This document shows, piece by piece, positions 30,515 through 40,875 of a stretch of DNA of 64,000 bases. A program made the translations under genes and the position numbers. The DNA lies in the NCBI GenBank assembly GCA_038204425.1, contig JBBRCZ010000002.1, positions 128,001 to 192,000 of the forward strand. Reading direction: 5' to 3'. The notes below the pieces were generated by a model. The model ran no database searches, was not told the DNA's origin, and saw only the letters and a program-made list of their open reading frames with translations. The DNA comes from Spirochaetia bacterium. Lineage in GTDB: Bacteria > Spirochaetota > Spirochaetia > DSM-27196 > Salinispiraceae. Position 1 is the stretch's first letter; each line of letters opens with the position of its first letter.

Positions 30515-30949
30515 ATGAAGAGTATTAGCGAATTAGTCAAAGAAAGCATGCAGATCCGCCTGAGTGATCCAAATAGATCTACCGTATACAAAATGTTGGT
30601 AGGTGAGGCCAAGAAAAATGCCAAGGAACAAAACAGAGAAGCCACACAAGATGATCTCGTAGCTAGTGCCAAAAGACAAGTAAAAGAGACAGAAAACGCA
30701 ATCGGTCTCATCAAAAAGGGCGGCGGAGATACCGGTAAGTACGAGGCGGAACTGCTGGTTTTGCGCGAGTTTTTGCCAACTTTACTTGACCAGCAGGCAA
30801 GCAAGGCTCACGTGGAACGGATTGTCGCTTTGTTGCCCGAAGACGAACGAAACAAAAAATCGATGGGCAAAATAATGGTCCAGCTTAGAACGATAGAAGG
30901 CTTGGATATGAAGCTGGCTCAAGAAATTCTAACGCAGTTATTGGCCTAG
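30515..30949 (+). CDS. GatB/YqeY domain protein
   Basis: E..VL.EFLP..L..E and K.MGKIM pattern; upstream TGGACA-N17-TATCAT promoter (30444-30472). Confidence 0.75.
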   Translation: MKSISELVKESMQIRLSDPNRSTVYKMLVGEAKKNAKEQNREATQDDLVASAKRQVKETENAIGLIKKGGGDTGKYEAELLVLREFLPTLLDQQASKAHVERIVALLPEDERNKKSMGKIMVQLRTIEGLDMKLAQEILTQLLA

Positions 30950-32283
30950 GTTTCTGCCGTAAGCAAGACAATTGCTTGATCCAGGCCAATGCCATCGTGC
31001 TGCGTGCGGCCTGCCAAATTTTTTAGATTGAGCGTTCCGTTTCGTTTCTCGCTTTCGCCAATAATTATGCCCCAAGGGATGCCTTTTTTTTCAGCATAGC
31101 CAAACTGGAGATTGAGTTTCTTGGCACTTGGGTAGACCTCGGTACTAAGTCCCTTTGATCGCAACGTTTCTGCCACCAAGTGGTAGTGGCTCAGTAGATT
31201 TTCGTCTTGGCAGAGCACTATGACGTCGGCTGCATATGCCTTGTTTTGCATGATATTTAGTTCTTCTAATGCAGCAATCAATCGGTCCAAACCGATGCTA
31301 GCTCCTACACCTGGCAATGGCTCGTTACTGTAGAGACTTGCAAGGTCGTTGTAACGTCCCCCAGAACAGACCGAGCCAATGCCCGGTAGCTCATCAAGAA
31401 AGGTTTCGTAGACAATGCCGGTGTAATAATCTAGTCCACGGGTTATGGACGCATCAAACACCAGCTTGTCAGCAATTCCCAGCTCATCAGCCATTTTTAG
31501 AATGCTCGTCATTCTTTGGCTTTCTGCTGACTCACCTCCGGATAGCTCTTGCAGATCTTGCAGGACTGCTAGGTTGTGCTGAGCAACAGTCTGTTCTTTT
31601 TGGGCAGCTGGCCCAGAAATGTAAGCAAGTATTTTTTGGGCGGCTTCCAAGCCAAGTAAGTCCGTCAACAGTTTTAAAGTTTCATCGCTACCAATTTTTC
31701 GCAGCTTATCTACCGTACGCAAAATTTCGGCACTGTGCTCGGAAATGCCCAAGTGGCTGAGGAATTTGTTAAAGATGCCACGGTGTGAAAGGTGAAAGTG
31801 AACCGCATTGATACCGAGGGCGGCAAAACAACGGTTCATCAACAAGAGAATTTCAAAATCAGCGCTTTCACTATCAAGACCGACAATGTCAAAGTCACAT
31901 TGCATAAACTCGCGATAGCGACCTTTTTGCGTGTTTTCTCCACGCCAAACTTTGCCAAAGTGAAATCTTTTAAAAGGCAAGTAGAGTTCGTTTTTGTGCA
32001 TGGCCATATACCGAGCAAAAGGAACCGTCAAATCAAAGCGAAGCGAAACATCTCGCGAGCCGTTGTCAATAAACCGATAAACCTGCTTGTCGGTCTCTCC
32101 GCCACCTTTGCCCAAAAGAACTTCGGTGTATTCTATGGCTGGGGTGTCAATGGGGACAAAGCCATACTGTTTGACGGTCTTTTGGAGTATGGACAATATT
32201 TGGTGGCGCGCAGCTTCTTGTTGCGGAAGAAAGTCTCTAAAGCCTTTTAGTATACGCGCTTCAATTGTTTTCTTTGTGCTCAT
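30946..32283 (-). CDS. hisS: Histidine-tRNA ligase
   Basis: KGFRDFLP, LRFDLTVP, GRYREFMQCD, RGLDYYTG and GGRY motifs. Confidence 0.97.
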   Translation of the reverse strand: MSTKKTIEARILKGFRDFLPQQEAARHQILSILQKTVKQYGFVPIDTPAIEYTEVLLGKGGGETDKQVYRFIDNGSRDVSLRFDLTVPFARYMAMHKNELYLPFKRFHFGKVWRGENTQKGRYREFMQCDFDIVGLDSESADFEILLLMNRCFAALGINAVHFHLSHRGIFNKFLSHLGISEHSAEILRTVDKLRKIGSDETLKLLTDLLGLEAAQKILAYISGPAAQKEQTVAQHNLAVLQDLQELSGGESAESQRMTSILKMADELGIADKLVFDASITRGLDYYTGIVYETFLDELPGIGSVCSGGRYNDLASLYSNEPLPGVGASIGLDRLIAALEELNIMQNKAYAADVIVLCQDENLLSHYHLVAETLRSKGLSTEVYPSAKKLNLQFGYAEKKGIPWGIIIGESEKRNGTLNLKNLAGRTQHDGIGLDQAIVLLTAET

Positions 32284-32429
32284 AAGACTTTGTAACACAA
32301 AATACTCGCCAGTGGCGAGTCCAGGTTACCATGATTTTGCGCTGTGGCTCTGCGCTCATGACACAATCGCTTGCTCTGTGTTACAATCGCTCTACAGTAC
32401 TTCATGAGAATGGGATGGAAAATAGATCA

Positions 32430-33758
32430 GTGCTCAGACGATATACCACTTCAAAAGCGGGCTTAGCTATCAAAACTGCAGACGTCTATCTTCAGTCAGA
32501 GCATAAACTCTCAATAAGCAGCATCGATCAAGACGCGTATAGAATAATTGTGCGTTTGCAGCGCGGCGGCTATGAAGCTTATTTGGTTGGCGGAGCGGTC
32601 AGAGACTTGGTAATTGGCATCATGCCAAAAGACTACGATATTGTGACTTCGGCCGAACCCGCCCAGATCAAGAGGCTTTTTCGCAACTCACGAATAATTG
32701 GCAAACGCTTTAGACTGGTTCATGTATTTTTTACTGACAACAAAATAATCGAAGTATCGACCTTTAGATCATCAGAGTCTGCCGGCTTTAATAATGTCTA
32801 TGGCACTATCGAAGAAGACGTTTGGAGACGGGACTTTAGCATCAACGGTCTATTCTTTGATCCTGTCAAAGCGCAGTTGTTAGATTTTGTAAAAGGCTAT
32901 CCGGACCTGATGGCGCGTCGACTTAAACCAATTATTGCACTAAAGCGTATTTTTGTAGAAGACCCGGTTAGAATGATACGGGCCGTCAAATACGCCGTCT
33001 CAACCGGCTGTAGTATGGGATTCTTCCTTAAGAACAAAATAAACCGCTCGCGACAGTTGTTGGCAGATATTTCACCGTCTCGCCTGAGCGAGGAAGCCTT
33101 TAAGATAGTGCAAGGCGGACGAAGCGCAGCAATTGTAACTATGCTTGAGAGCTTTGGCTTGTTTGAGTTTGTAATGCCACGCTTTTCACAACTAATCCAA
33201 ACAAGGCAGGGGTTTAAGGCGCGGTTTTTTGCCAGTCTCGAAAGACTAGATACCGTCGTTAAGAGCTATCCCGAAACTCCACGGTTTATACTTTTTGCCT
33301 GGTTTTTGTCCGACTATATGTTTGCCTACAGTTCATTTTATGAGCAAAAGCGTTGGTCATTTGCTGAGGTATATCAAGAACTCAAAGATGTGCTCAAGCC
33401 AGTCACGCCACCCAATCTTGAAGTAGAAAGAGCTATGGTTTTTTTGATTAAGCACAAAAAACTTTATCTGGAACACGGATTCTTGCCTCTTAGTGTTGCC
33501 AAACCTTCCATGCACGGGGCTGATGATAGCTTGCCGGGTCTTTCCCAAAAAAGACGCGAAAGGGGCCACGCAAAGCCCGCTACGGCTGCTGTGCTCAATG
33601 CTGCAAGCACTGCTCAGGCACCCAGTCGTCTAGCCGGCGACACTTTGGCCAACGGCGAACAACAGAGCAAGCTCGCTGGATCTATACCGAAGAAGCGCCA
33701 GCGCGGTGGTCGCGGCGGCAGAAATCGCGCCAGACCCCAGACGCCCAAAACTGACTAA
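32430..33758 (+). CDS. pcnB: Poly(A) polymerase
   Basis: VGGAVRD..PKDYDI, PAP signature IIGKRFRLVHV, RRDFSIN and EDPVRMIRA motifs. The start is uncertain (GTG 32430 or ATG 32415). Confidence 0.88.
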   Translation: MLRRYTTSKAGLAIKTADVYLQSEHKLSISSIDQDAYRIIVRLQRGGYEAYLVGGAVRDLVIGIMPKDYDIVTSAEPAQIKRLFRNSRIIGKRFRLVHVFFTDNKIIEVSTFRSSESAGFNNVYGTIEEDVWRRDFSINGLFFDPVKAQLLDFVKGYPDLMARRLKPIIALKRIFVEDPVRMIRAVKYAVSTGCSMGFFLKNKINRSRQLLADISPSRLSEEAFKIVQGGRSAAIVTMLESFGLFEFVMPRFSQLIQTRQGFKARFFASLERLDTVVKSYPETPRFILFAWFLSDYMFAYSSFYEQKRWSFAEVYQELKDVLKPVTPPNLEVERAMVFLIKHKKLYLEHGFLPLSVAKPSMHGADDSLPGLSQKRRERGHAKPATAAVLNAASTAQAPSRLAGDTLANGEQQSKLAGSIPKKRQRGGRGGRNRARPQTPKTD

Positions 33759-33786
33759 CAAATGTCAAGTCGTGTGACTATCCAAG

Positions 33787-33829
33787 AATAAAAAAGCTGC
33801 CATGGAAGACCAGGCAGCTTTTATTTTTT
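33787..33829. terminator. Bidirectional terminator (pcnB / TPR gene)
   Basis: AAAAGCTGCC-N11-GGCAGCTTTT flanked by A/T tracts between convergent genes. Confidence 0.75.
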
Positions 33830-33842
33830 GCGAGCTTCTTGC

Positions 33843-35030
33843 TTAGCCTTCTATTCGTTGAAGAATCTCGTTTACTTTCTCTTGATAGGAAGCATCGCTG
33901 CCTATCGTTGCAGTCAAGAACTGCTTAGATATTTCGAAACGATTGTCGGCAAACGCATTAACTCCCAAGGCATAGTTAGTCAAAGCTGCATCTGCGCCCT
34001 TGGCCAAGGCTTGAGTGTAAAATTGCTCAGCTGCTGCGTAACGAGCGGTGTCGTAGTTTATCAAACCCAAGTAGTAGTAGGGAATATGATTGTTGTCCTG
34101 CAGCGCCAGCGCCTTAGTAAAGGAGCTTTCTGCTTCTTTTGCTTTACCAGCAGAATAGAACTCGATACCCTCCAAGACCAATTCTCGGAAAGTTTTGAGC
34201 TCCTTTAGATAGCTAACATAGGATTCAGAAAGAACTTCTGGTTTTTCCCAAGCAAATGCTTTGCTTATTACTAATGTTGAGTTTTCGGCTAAACTTGCCT
34301 CGGCTGACAAACCAGATAGGGCATCCCACAATACGCGATTGTGTGCCTTGTTTGTGCTGTTAGCTAGGTAATTTACCAGTCCCCATGCTTGAGGATAAAA
34401 AACTTGAATGCTGCTACGAGCTTCATCCACACCTAAGGTAAGAAGTTTGTCGAGCGGCAATGCTTCAGCAACTCGGCTTCCGTAACTAAGTTCTTTGATG
34501 GTCTCGAGCCATGCCAAGTTTTCCAACTTGCTTGCATTTTTGGTGGCAATGTCATAGCTAATGCTTTCAAAATAAACGGCAAAGCCCTCTCGTACCCACA
34601 AAGGTGGATTGGGTACAAAGGCCCGCAAAAATTGAACAAAGGATTGATGGGTAACCGAAGGTTTATCTAAACCGGCGCTTGCGTCAACAAAGCCGACCAA
34701 CTCACTTCTATTGCGATCGCTGTAGTGCAAATACACAAATTCGTCGCGAGTTTCGTTGATAAGTTTCTTTAAAAACGCATCGTATTTCTCTTTCTCAGAG
34801 AAGATCCTAACCTTTAGCTTGATTTTAGCATTTACTAGATCAAATCTAAAGTATTGGTTGAATATTCCCAAGTACGCCTCGAGTCTCTCGGCAGTTTCTT
34901 GGGCTTGTTCGGCGCTTATCACAGAACGCACCGAGTAATGTTCACTTTCATAGGAGAAACTGTCTTGAGCCGAAGCCGCGGCCGCAAACAGTAAACCTAT
35001 GGCGATGGATAAAAACAAAATCTTTTTCAT
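33843..35030 (-). CDS. Exported protein with a gluzincin-like domain and C-terminal TPR repeats
   Basis: Signal peptide (AAAASA-QD); PLWVREGFAVYFE and FYPQAW motifs; TPR-like YYYLGLINY..A..Y..AL; GGAGG RBS. Confidence 0.65.
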   Translation of the reverse strand: MKKILFLSIAIGLLFAAAASAQDSFSYESEHYSVRSVISAEQAQETAERLEAYLGIFNQYFRFDLVNAKIKLKVRIFSEKEKYDAFLKKLINETRDEFVYLHYSDRNRSELVGFVDASAGLDKPSVTHQSFVQFLRAFVPNPPLWVREGFAVYFESISYDIATKNASKLENLAWLETIKELSYGSRVAEALPLDKLLTLGVDEARSSIQVFYPQAWGLVNYLANSTNKAHNRVLWDALSGLSAEASLAENSTLVISKAFAWEKPEVLSESYVSYLKELKTFRELVLEGIEFYSAGKAKEAESSFTKALALQDNNHIPYYYLGLINYDTARYAAAEQFYTQALAKGADAALTNYALGVNAFADNRFEISKQFLTATIGSDASYQEKVNEILQRIEG

Positions 35031-35144
35031 CCCTTACCTCCAAAGTCTATGATAATAAAGGCTTAGCTTACATGTCAAATTTGACGATAGCAATATGGGC
35101 GAAATTTGTCCGAATTCCGCAGGTATTGGCACCTTTTTGTCAAA

Positions 35145-36023
35145 CTATCTGCGGAGCGGTCTAAGCTCTCGCAAAGTTAGGTCAATTTCTTTAATAAATG
35201 CACCAGTTTGCTTTTTTAGTTGGTTGCCCAGTTGTATACGAAGCGTTTCGGTTAATTGCGGACTTGGGAAGAATCCGTCACCAAGCCATATGGTTAACTT
35301 AATGCTGTAGCCTTCTTCAAACTCGGGCCTAAAATAACCAAGTTTTGAGCCAGGAGTGGTTGCGTCCAGCGTTGTTCTAATTGCTTGCTTGAGCAAGTGT
35401 TCGGGGATTTCTAGTGCCTCTCCTGATGAAAACTCAGGTCTAACCAAGGTTTTTTCGTATATTTTTTCTCGTTGCAAAAGTCTATTTTGTGACCATAGTT
35501 TGATTTCGTCGGTAACAATGTGAGCTGCAGTACGGCGTACTTCGCGGGCCGGAACCGGGATAACGTGCCTACCGTACAACTTGCGATTATCTAAGGCAGT
35601 CTGGATTTCATCAGCACTTGCAAAGTCGCTAATAGAAAGCAGCTTGACCGGTTCCGGTAAGCCCAAGGACTGGCAAATTTTTAAAATCATTCGGTCAGAA
35701 GTTCCCAGTATCAACAGCCGCTTGCAGCGATTTCTCTCCAGCGCTTGGGCTACTTCGTGGCGATGCACGTTATCCGCGAAGATGGCCACTTTGACAGCAG
35801 CAAGGTAAGCGCTCTCTCGCTTTGCGGAGTGACCGGCTAGGATTCGTTTATCTTTGATGAGAATACCGTCATCTATGATAAAGCGAATTTTAAGTCGATC
35901 GGCGATGATGCGAGCCCTAAAGCTTTTGCCCGTTCCTGACGAACCAACCAGGGCGTAGACTTGGACTTGTCCCTTTAGTCTGCCTAGAAAACGTTCTATT
36001 TTTTTTATCAGCTTTGTCCACAT
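35145..36023 (-). CDS. P-loop NTPase domain protein
   Basis: Walker A GSSGTGKS, IIDDG, SAKRE, LILGTS and HVIPVP motifs; the C-terminal domain may be Asp23-like. Confidence 0.6.
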   Translation of the reverse strand: MWTKLIKKIERFLGRLKGQVQVYALVGSSGTGKSFRARIIADRLKIRFIIDDGILIKDKRILAGHSAKRESAYLAAVKVAIFADNVHRHEVAQALERNRCKRLLILGTSDRMILKICQSLGLPEPVKLLSISDFASADEIQTALDNRKLYGRHVIPVPAREVRRTAAHIVTDEIKLWSQNRLLQREKIYEKTLVRPEFSSGEALEIPEHLLKQAIRTTLDATTPGSKLGYFRPEFEEGYSIKLTIWLGDGFFPSPQLTETLRIQLGNQLKKQTGAFIKEIDLTLRELRPLRR

Positions 36024-36120
36024 GGCAAGTCCTTACCTTTGATTCTCGCCCAAATAGTGCCTAAGCTCAAGCTCAGCTTGCCTTGACAAAACAACGTGCT
36101 TAGCGGAAATACTGTCAGCC

Positions 36121-37794
36121 ATGGACTTGCCCCAAGCTAAGCTAGACTTGATCCTCAGACGCATTTTATTTTCTCTTTGCTTAATTGGCTTAGTGCTGTG
36201 TCTAGTATTTGGCTATCTTCTTGGATTTGATGATCAGCTCAAACGATGGCAGGGTTACTACACCTTGGCTATAAGTTCGGAGGTGCCTGTCTCCGAGATA
36301 CACGAACGACTTGAACAAGTGGGCCTAAAAAACAGCATAACTCGAAACAATGTTACCATTCCTTTAACGGCCTATGAAGGCCTGCAGCGACGAAAGCTAT
36401 CGTCGTTTCCATGGCAGACCCTTGATGATCCACGAAAAACGTCCTGGATTGAAGGACTTCCCCAACTGTTTCAGGACCAAGACGGAAACTGGGAACTAAT
36501 TTACTTGCGGGCCGATGAGAGTATTAGCTCCATCATGGTAAAACTGCAGTCCGCCTTTGATAGTATGCCAGTCCCGGCAAGTGGCAGAAAGTGGACCTTG
36601 CTTGAGTGGCGACCAATTGAACGAATTATTGTAGTCATTGTTTGTTTGCTGGTAGTAATTTCGCTTGTCTGGGCTTCTCCGGGCAAAAGACTGCTGCTGG
36701 GATTTTCTGCATTGCTTTGGTTACCCTTTGCTCAGGCTACCGGCCCGGTCTTGTTTCCCCTGCAGACGGCGGTCTTTTTCTTGTATGCGACCATTCTTGA
36801 GAGCTTGGTGCCTGCGCTGCGCCGTTTTGTCCACGAGACCAGCAAAGCCGCCTTCTTTTGGGACAGTCTATCCAACAAGCCAGCAGTTTTGAACTCGCTG
36901 CGCAACTTGATGGTCTACATTGACAAGAAGCTTATCTTGGTTCGACTGTTTTTGTTTGCTTTTAGCATATCTGTTTTTTTGGCATGCGCGATAGCGCTTG
37001 GGGCTAGTGGTTTGGTGGCCGGGCAAGTATTGGTGGTTTTCTTTTCTTGGCCGGCATTGTTGATAGTCTATGCCCGAGTTTTGCAACAGCGCCAACGCAG
37101 AGCCGAGCACCGCTTGTTTACTCCCATTCCAATAATTTCACGGTCAAATGTTTTGTACAGCCGGCTGCGCGTGATGATACCTTTTATCTTTACTATTTTG
37201 CTTGCGCAAGGTTTGTACTTTCTTGTTTTTCCTGGCAGTAGCTTTGAGGGTAAGGTGCCAGCTCTGGAAGAAAATGGCGATAGCATTACTTGGCAAAACA
37301 TCCAAGCACAGTTGAAGGACGGGGTTTTGCCAAACAGTAGTCAGAGCCACATGCCGGATCTGGCGGATTTCCTCTTACATGCCGCTTGGCAGGAAGTTTT
37401 TCCCTTTAAAAGGAATATGGACTATCGCGCCTTTGCACAGCTAAGCCTTCCTGCAAGCTACGGCGTTAGGCAAGTACAGCAAGGAACCGCAACAAATGCA
37501 TTTGATCCAAGCACACAGATTAAACTTGATCAAGACTGGCTCAACAAAACTATGGCACAGATTCCGCGGGACTCAATTGAAAGTTTAATTGCTACAAATG
37601 CAAAGCTAAGTAGGCTTGTGTCAGTATCCGTTGGCAAGGTATACTCTTCTTTGGCATGGACTTTAGTAAGTAATGGTCTATTGGCGGCGCTGTTCCTAGC
37701 CATCTGGTGCTTTGGGAAGAACGCATCCATCCAGCAAATTTATGGTACCCGGCCCAAGCGTGTATCGCTTATTGGCAGGAAGATGGCGGCATAA
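36121..37794 (+). CDS. Multi-pass membrane protein of unknown function
   Basis: 557-aa ORF with several TM segments and soluble loops; the stop overlaps the rnfC start (TAATG). Confidence 0.7.
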   Translation: MDLPQAKLDLILRRILFSLCLIGLVLCLVFGYLLGFDDQLKRWQGYYTLAISSEVPVSEIHERLEQVGLKNSITRNNVTIPLTAYEGLQRRKLSSFPWQTLDDPRKTSWIEGLPQLFQDQDGNWELIYLRADESISSIMVKLQSAFDSMPVPASGRKWTLLEWRPIERIIVVIVCLLVVISLVWASPGKRLLLGFSALLWLPFAQATGPVLFPLQTAVFFLYATILESLVPALRRFVHETSKAAFFWDSLSNKPAVLNSLRNLMVYIDKKLILVRLFLFAFSISVFLACAIALGASGLVAGQVLVVFFSWPALLIVYARVLQQRQRRAEHRLFTPIPIISRSNVLYSRLRVMIPFIFTILLAQGLYFLVFPGSSFEGKVPALEENGDSITWQNIQAQLKDGVLPNSSQSHMPDLADFLLHAAWQEVFPFKRNMDYRAFAQLSLPASYGVRQVQQGTATNAFDPSTQIKLDQDWLNKTMAQIPRDSIESLIATNAKLSRLVSVSVGKVYSSLAWTLVSNGLLAALFLAIWCFGKNASIQQIYGTRPKRVSLIGRKMAA

Positions 37795-39128
37795 TGAGGC
37801 ACAAGACTTTTTTTTGGGGCGGGGTTGTGCCTCGCAACAACAAGCAGAAGACTATTAACCTTTCCTCTCGCAATGCTGAAATACCAAGAACGGTCTTCAT
37901 CCCGTTTCAGGGAAATGGTCAGGATCAGGCGCTTGCCTTGGTTAAAGTCGGTGACAAAGTAAAAGAGGGGCAGGCTATTGCCTCCAATGGCGCAAAACCA
38001 CCCGTATTGGTACATGCCTCAATTCCTGGTGTCGTAAAAGATATTCGCCAAGCAAAACTATTTGATGGCACAGTGAGTTGGGGAGTTGAGCTTGAGTTTG
38101 AGGGTGATTTTACCCTGACTGGGACATCTGTCTCGACTAGGGATTGGCATTCAACAAACCCGGAGCGCTTAATTGATATAATTAGAGAAATGGGCGTCAT
38201 AGGGATGGGCGGTGAAGGTGTGCCAACCTATGAAAAATTATTAAAGGCAACAGCCAAAAAGACGGGCAGGCTTATTGTTAACGCCATGGAATCTGAGCCT
38301 TACCGAACATCAGATGCCCGTATTCTCGCCGAAAAACCACAAGAAATATTGCAAGGTATAGAGATACTCGCCAAGATTTTGGGGTTTCCTGCAATTAAAG
38401 TTGCCATAAACGAGAGTTTTCTTGACAGCACTAAGGGATTTCGCGATCTTTTTCATCGACGCCAAGACATTCAGATTCACTACTTGCACGATACCTACCC
38501 GCAGGGCGACGAGAGACTGTTGATTCAATCTCTTTTTGCCAGAGATCTGCCGACTGACGATAACGTTATTAATCACAATTTTGTAATCTTTAATGTTTCA
38601 ACCGTCTTTGCTATTTATGAGGCGGTCGTGCTTTCTCGTCCTTTGATAGATCGATTGGTTACCATTACCGGCTCGGCGATTCAAACGCCTAGCAACCTCA
38701 AGGTGAGAATTGGCACACCGCTCTCCGCAATATTAGAAGACTGTGGTGGACTTAAGTTTGTTCCTGACAGAATCGTAGTCGGTGGTTTGATGAGAGGGAC
38801 CAGTACACGGGATCTCGATTTGCCTATAACTGCGGAAATTGGTTTTGTGATGGCTATGGCCAAAGAAGAGATTCACGACGCTCCGGTGAGTGATTGTACT
38901 CGCTGCGGCAAGTGCGTTAGGTCTTGTCCAGTTGGTCTGGAACCAATTAGGTTGTTAAGACTTGCACAGCATGGTCAGTTGGAGCAGGCCCGCAAAGAAG
39001 GTTTGATGGAGTGTTCGGCTTGTGGGATTTGTTCTTATGTTTGTCCAGCGCATATCCCACTTGGCAATGTAATCATGCGAAGTAAAGCCAATGCATTGGA
39101 AAAGGGTGAACCAGTTGAGCTCAAATAA
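37794..39128 (+). CDS. rnfC: Rnf electron transport complex subunit C-like
   Basis: VHASIPG, GVIGMGG..PT, NAMESEPY and YPQGDE motifs; two CxxCxxCxxxCP clusters. Confidence 0.9.
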   Translation: MRHKTFFWGGVVPRNNKQKTINLSSRNAEIPRTVFIPFQGNGQDQALALVKVGDKVKEGQAIASNGAKPPVLVHASIPGVVKDIRQAKLFDGTVSWGVELEFEGDFTLTGTSVSTRDWHSTNPERLIDIIREMGVIGMGGEGVPTYEKLLKATAKKTGRLIVNAMESEPYRTSDARILAEKPQEILQGIEILAKILGFPAIKVAINESFLDSTKGFRDLFHRRQDIQIHYLHDTYPQGDERLLIQSLFARDLPTDDNVINHNFVIFNVSTVFAIYEAVVLSRPLIDRLVTITGSAIQTPSNLKVRIGTPLSAILEDCGGLKFVPDRIVVGGLMRGTSTRDLDLPITAEIGFVMAMAKEEIHDAPVSDCTRCGKCVRSCPVGLEPIRLLRLAQHGQLEQARKEGLMECSACGICSYVCPAHIPLGNVIMRSKANALEKGEPVELK

Positions 39129-40206
39129 CACTATTCTCAGAGTTTCAGTTCCTCCTCAGTATTTTTCCGATGATAATGTGCGTAAGCTCAATTGGTCGAT
39201 AAGTTTCGCTTTTATGATTCCGCTTGGCTGGGGAGTTTTTGTATTTGGCATGTCGGCTGCTCTAGTTATTGCAGTTTGCGTTGCTGGGGCGCTGCTTACC
39301 GAGCTTTTTTGTTCGCGCATGTTCAGAAAAGCCAGTATTGGTGATGGTCAAGCCTTTCAGATTGGTCTGCTTTTGGCGATTTTGATGCCTCCTGGCGTCG
39401 CCTTACATGTACCTTTAATTGCCGCAATTGCAGCGGTCGCTAGTAAATGGGTTTTTGGCGGTACGGCTAGTGGGCTTTTTAATCCTGTTTGCTTTGCTTG
39501 GGGTATAGTTTTTTTGGCATGGCCTGACTTAATGACCGCTTTTGTTAATCCTTTTGACCACAGTCTTGTGCAAGATAGCTTTACCCTAACAAGGCAGTAT
39601 TTGGTCTCAGGAAATGTAGTTCTGGCAAATCCGATGGATATGATACAAGGAATAAGCACCGCCTTGCCGAGCGCACTGGATCTGCAGGTTTCGTCAGCAC
39701 TCAACAGCGGGGTATTTCAGACTTTTGCTACCGTTCTGCCGCCTGGTTATGTTGATCCGATTGTGGGTTTTGGTGTGCAAACTGTAGGCGGCGCATCTGG
39801 CCTAATCTTGATGCTTGTATCGATTTGGTTGATGTATAGAGAGCTTTCTGGCTGGCAAGCCCCGCTCGGCATGTTTTTTTCTGCCTTTTTGATCATCTAT
39901 TTGTTTGGTGGTTTGCCATTTGGTATGGGTTTTGCCCGCGGTGATGTGCTTTTCTTTGTTTTTAAAAGCACCTTTCTAACGGTTATGTTTTTGCTGGCAG
40001 GAGTATACGGACTCGCACCATTTAACGCTCGAGGGCAGTTGGTTTTTGGTCTGCTTACAGGTACCATAAGTGCAATCTTACTTATTTTTGGTCTCAATAT
40101 GTTTGCACCACTTGGAGCCTTTTTTGTTAGTGGTTTGACCGTTTGGGTAATTGAACGCACGTTTAGGAATCGATCTCGGTTTGCCACCAAGTTAGTGAAC
40201 CAATGA
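39115..40206 (+). CDS. rnfD: RnfD/NqrB-like membrane subunit (divergent)
   Basis: DG.A...GLLLA..MPP and K.VFGG...FNP motifs; follows rnfC. The start is TTG 39115 or ATG 39091. Confidence 0.8.
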   Translation: MSSNNTILRVSVPPQYFSDDNVRKLNWSISFAFMIPLGWGVFVFGMSAALVIAVCVAGALLTELFCSRMFRKASIGDGQAFQIGLLLAILMPPGVALHVPLIAAIAAVASKWVFGGTASGLFNPVCFAWGIVFLAWPDLMTAFVNPFDHSLVQDSFTLTRQYLVSGNVVLANPMDMIQGISTALPSALDLQVSSALNSGVFQTFATVLPPGYVDPIVGFGVQTVGGASGLILMLVSIWLMYRELSGWQAPLGMFFSAFLIIYLFGGLPFGMGFARGDVLFFVFKSTFLTVMFLLAGVYGLAPFNARGQLVFGLLTGTISAILLIFGLNMFAPLGAFFVSGLTVWVIERTFRNRSRFATKLVNQ

Positions 40207-40221
40207 GTCAAAGGAGGCCGA

Positions 40222-40875
40222 ATGAAAACTGATTCATCACATCTCTTGTCTGAGGAAGTTCGACCGCTTTCTTTACGCAATCTTTTGCTTTTTTTACCGT
40301 TTGCGGTTGGTATGGCCAATCGTTTTGACCTTGCTTTGCTATTTAGCGCCTGTCTTGCCCTAATTTTGGTGGTCGTTACCATATTGCTGTCGGTAATTAA
40401 GGACGGTGTCAGGACTGAACTGGCCATGTTTTTCTCAGCAATTTTGGCGACCGGTTTTTTAATTATAGCCGAAACACTGTTCCCCGTCTTGTCTTTGCAG
40501 GTTGGTCTCTATTTAGGCGTGCTGTCGGTTAGTCCATATTTACTTTTGCCACTTGTAGAAAATCAAGCTGCACCCTTGGGTGAACAATTGAAAATTGCCT
40601 TGGTGCGCTGGGCTCAATCAGTAGCTTTTTTGTTGCCACTTGCCTTGCTAAGAGAGTTAATAGGTAGTGGATCAATCAGTTTAGGCTTTGATGCAGCAAG
40701 TACGTTTAAGCTGCTGATTCCTGGCTATTCAGATCAACCATTTGCCGTTATTGCTTTGGCTCCTGGGGGATTTTTTCTCATGGGTTTAGTGGTGGTTGTT
40801 GTCCGAGCGCGCAATCAATCCAAGAACGCGCAGCTCGCCCCAGAATCTGCTATCGATAAGGATGGAACTGCATGA
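40222..40875 (+). CDS. rnfE: RnfE-like membrane subunit (divergent)
   Basis: LRELIGSG and LAPGGFF motifs; about 6 TM segments. Confidence 0.7.
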   Translation: MKTDSSHLLSEEVRPLSLRNLLLFLPFAVGMANRFDLALLFSACLALILVVVTILLSVIKDGVRTELAMFFSAILATGFLIIAETLFPVLSLQVGLYLGVLSVSPYLLLPLVENQAAPLGEQLKIALVRWAQSVAFLLPLALLRELIGSGSISLGFDAASTFKLLIPGYSDQPFAVIALAPGGFFLMGLVVVVVRARNQSKNAQLAPESAIDKDGTA

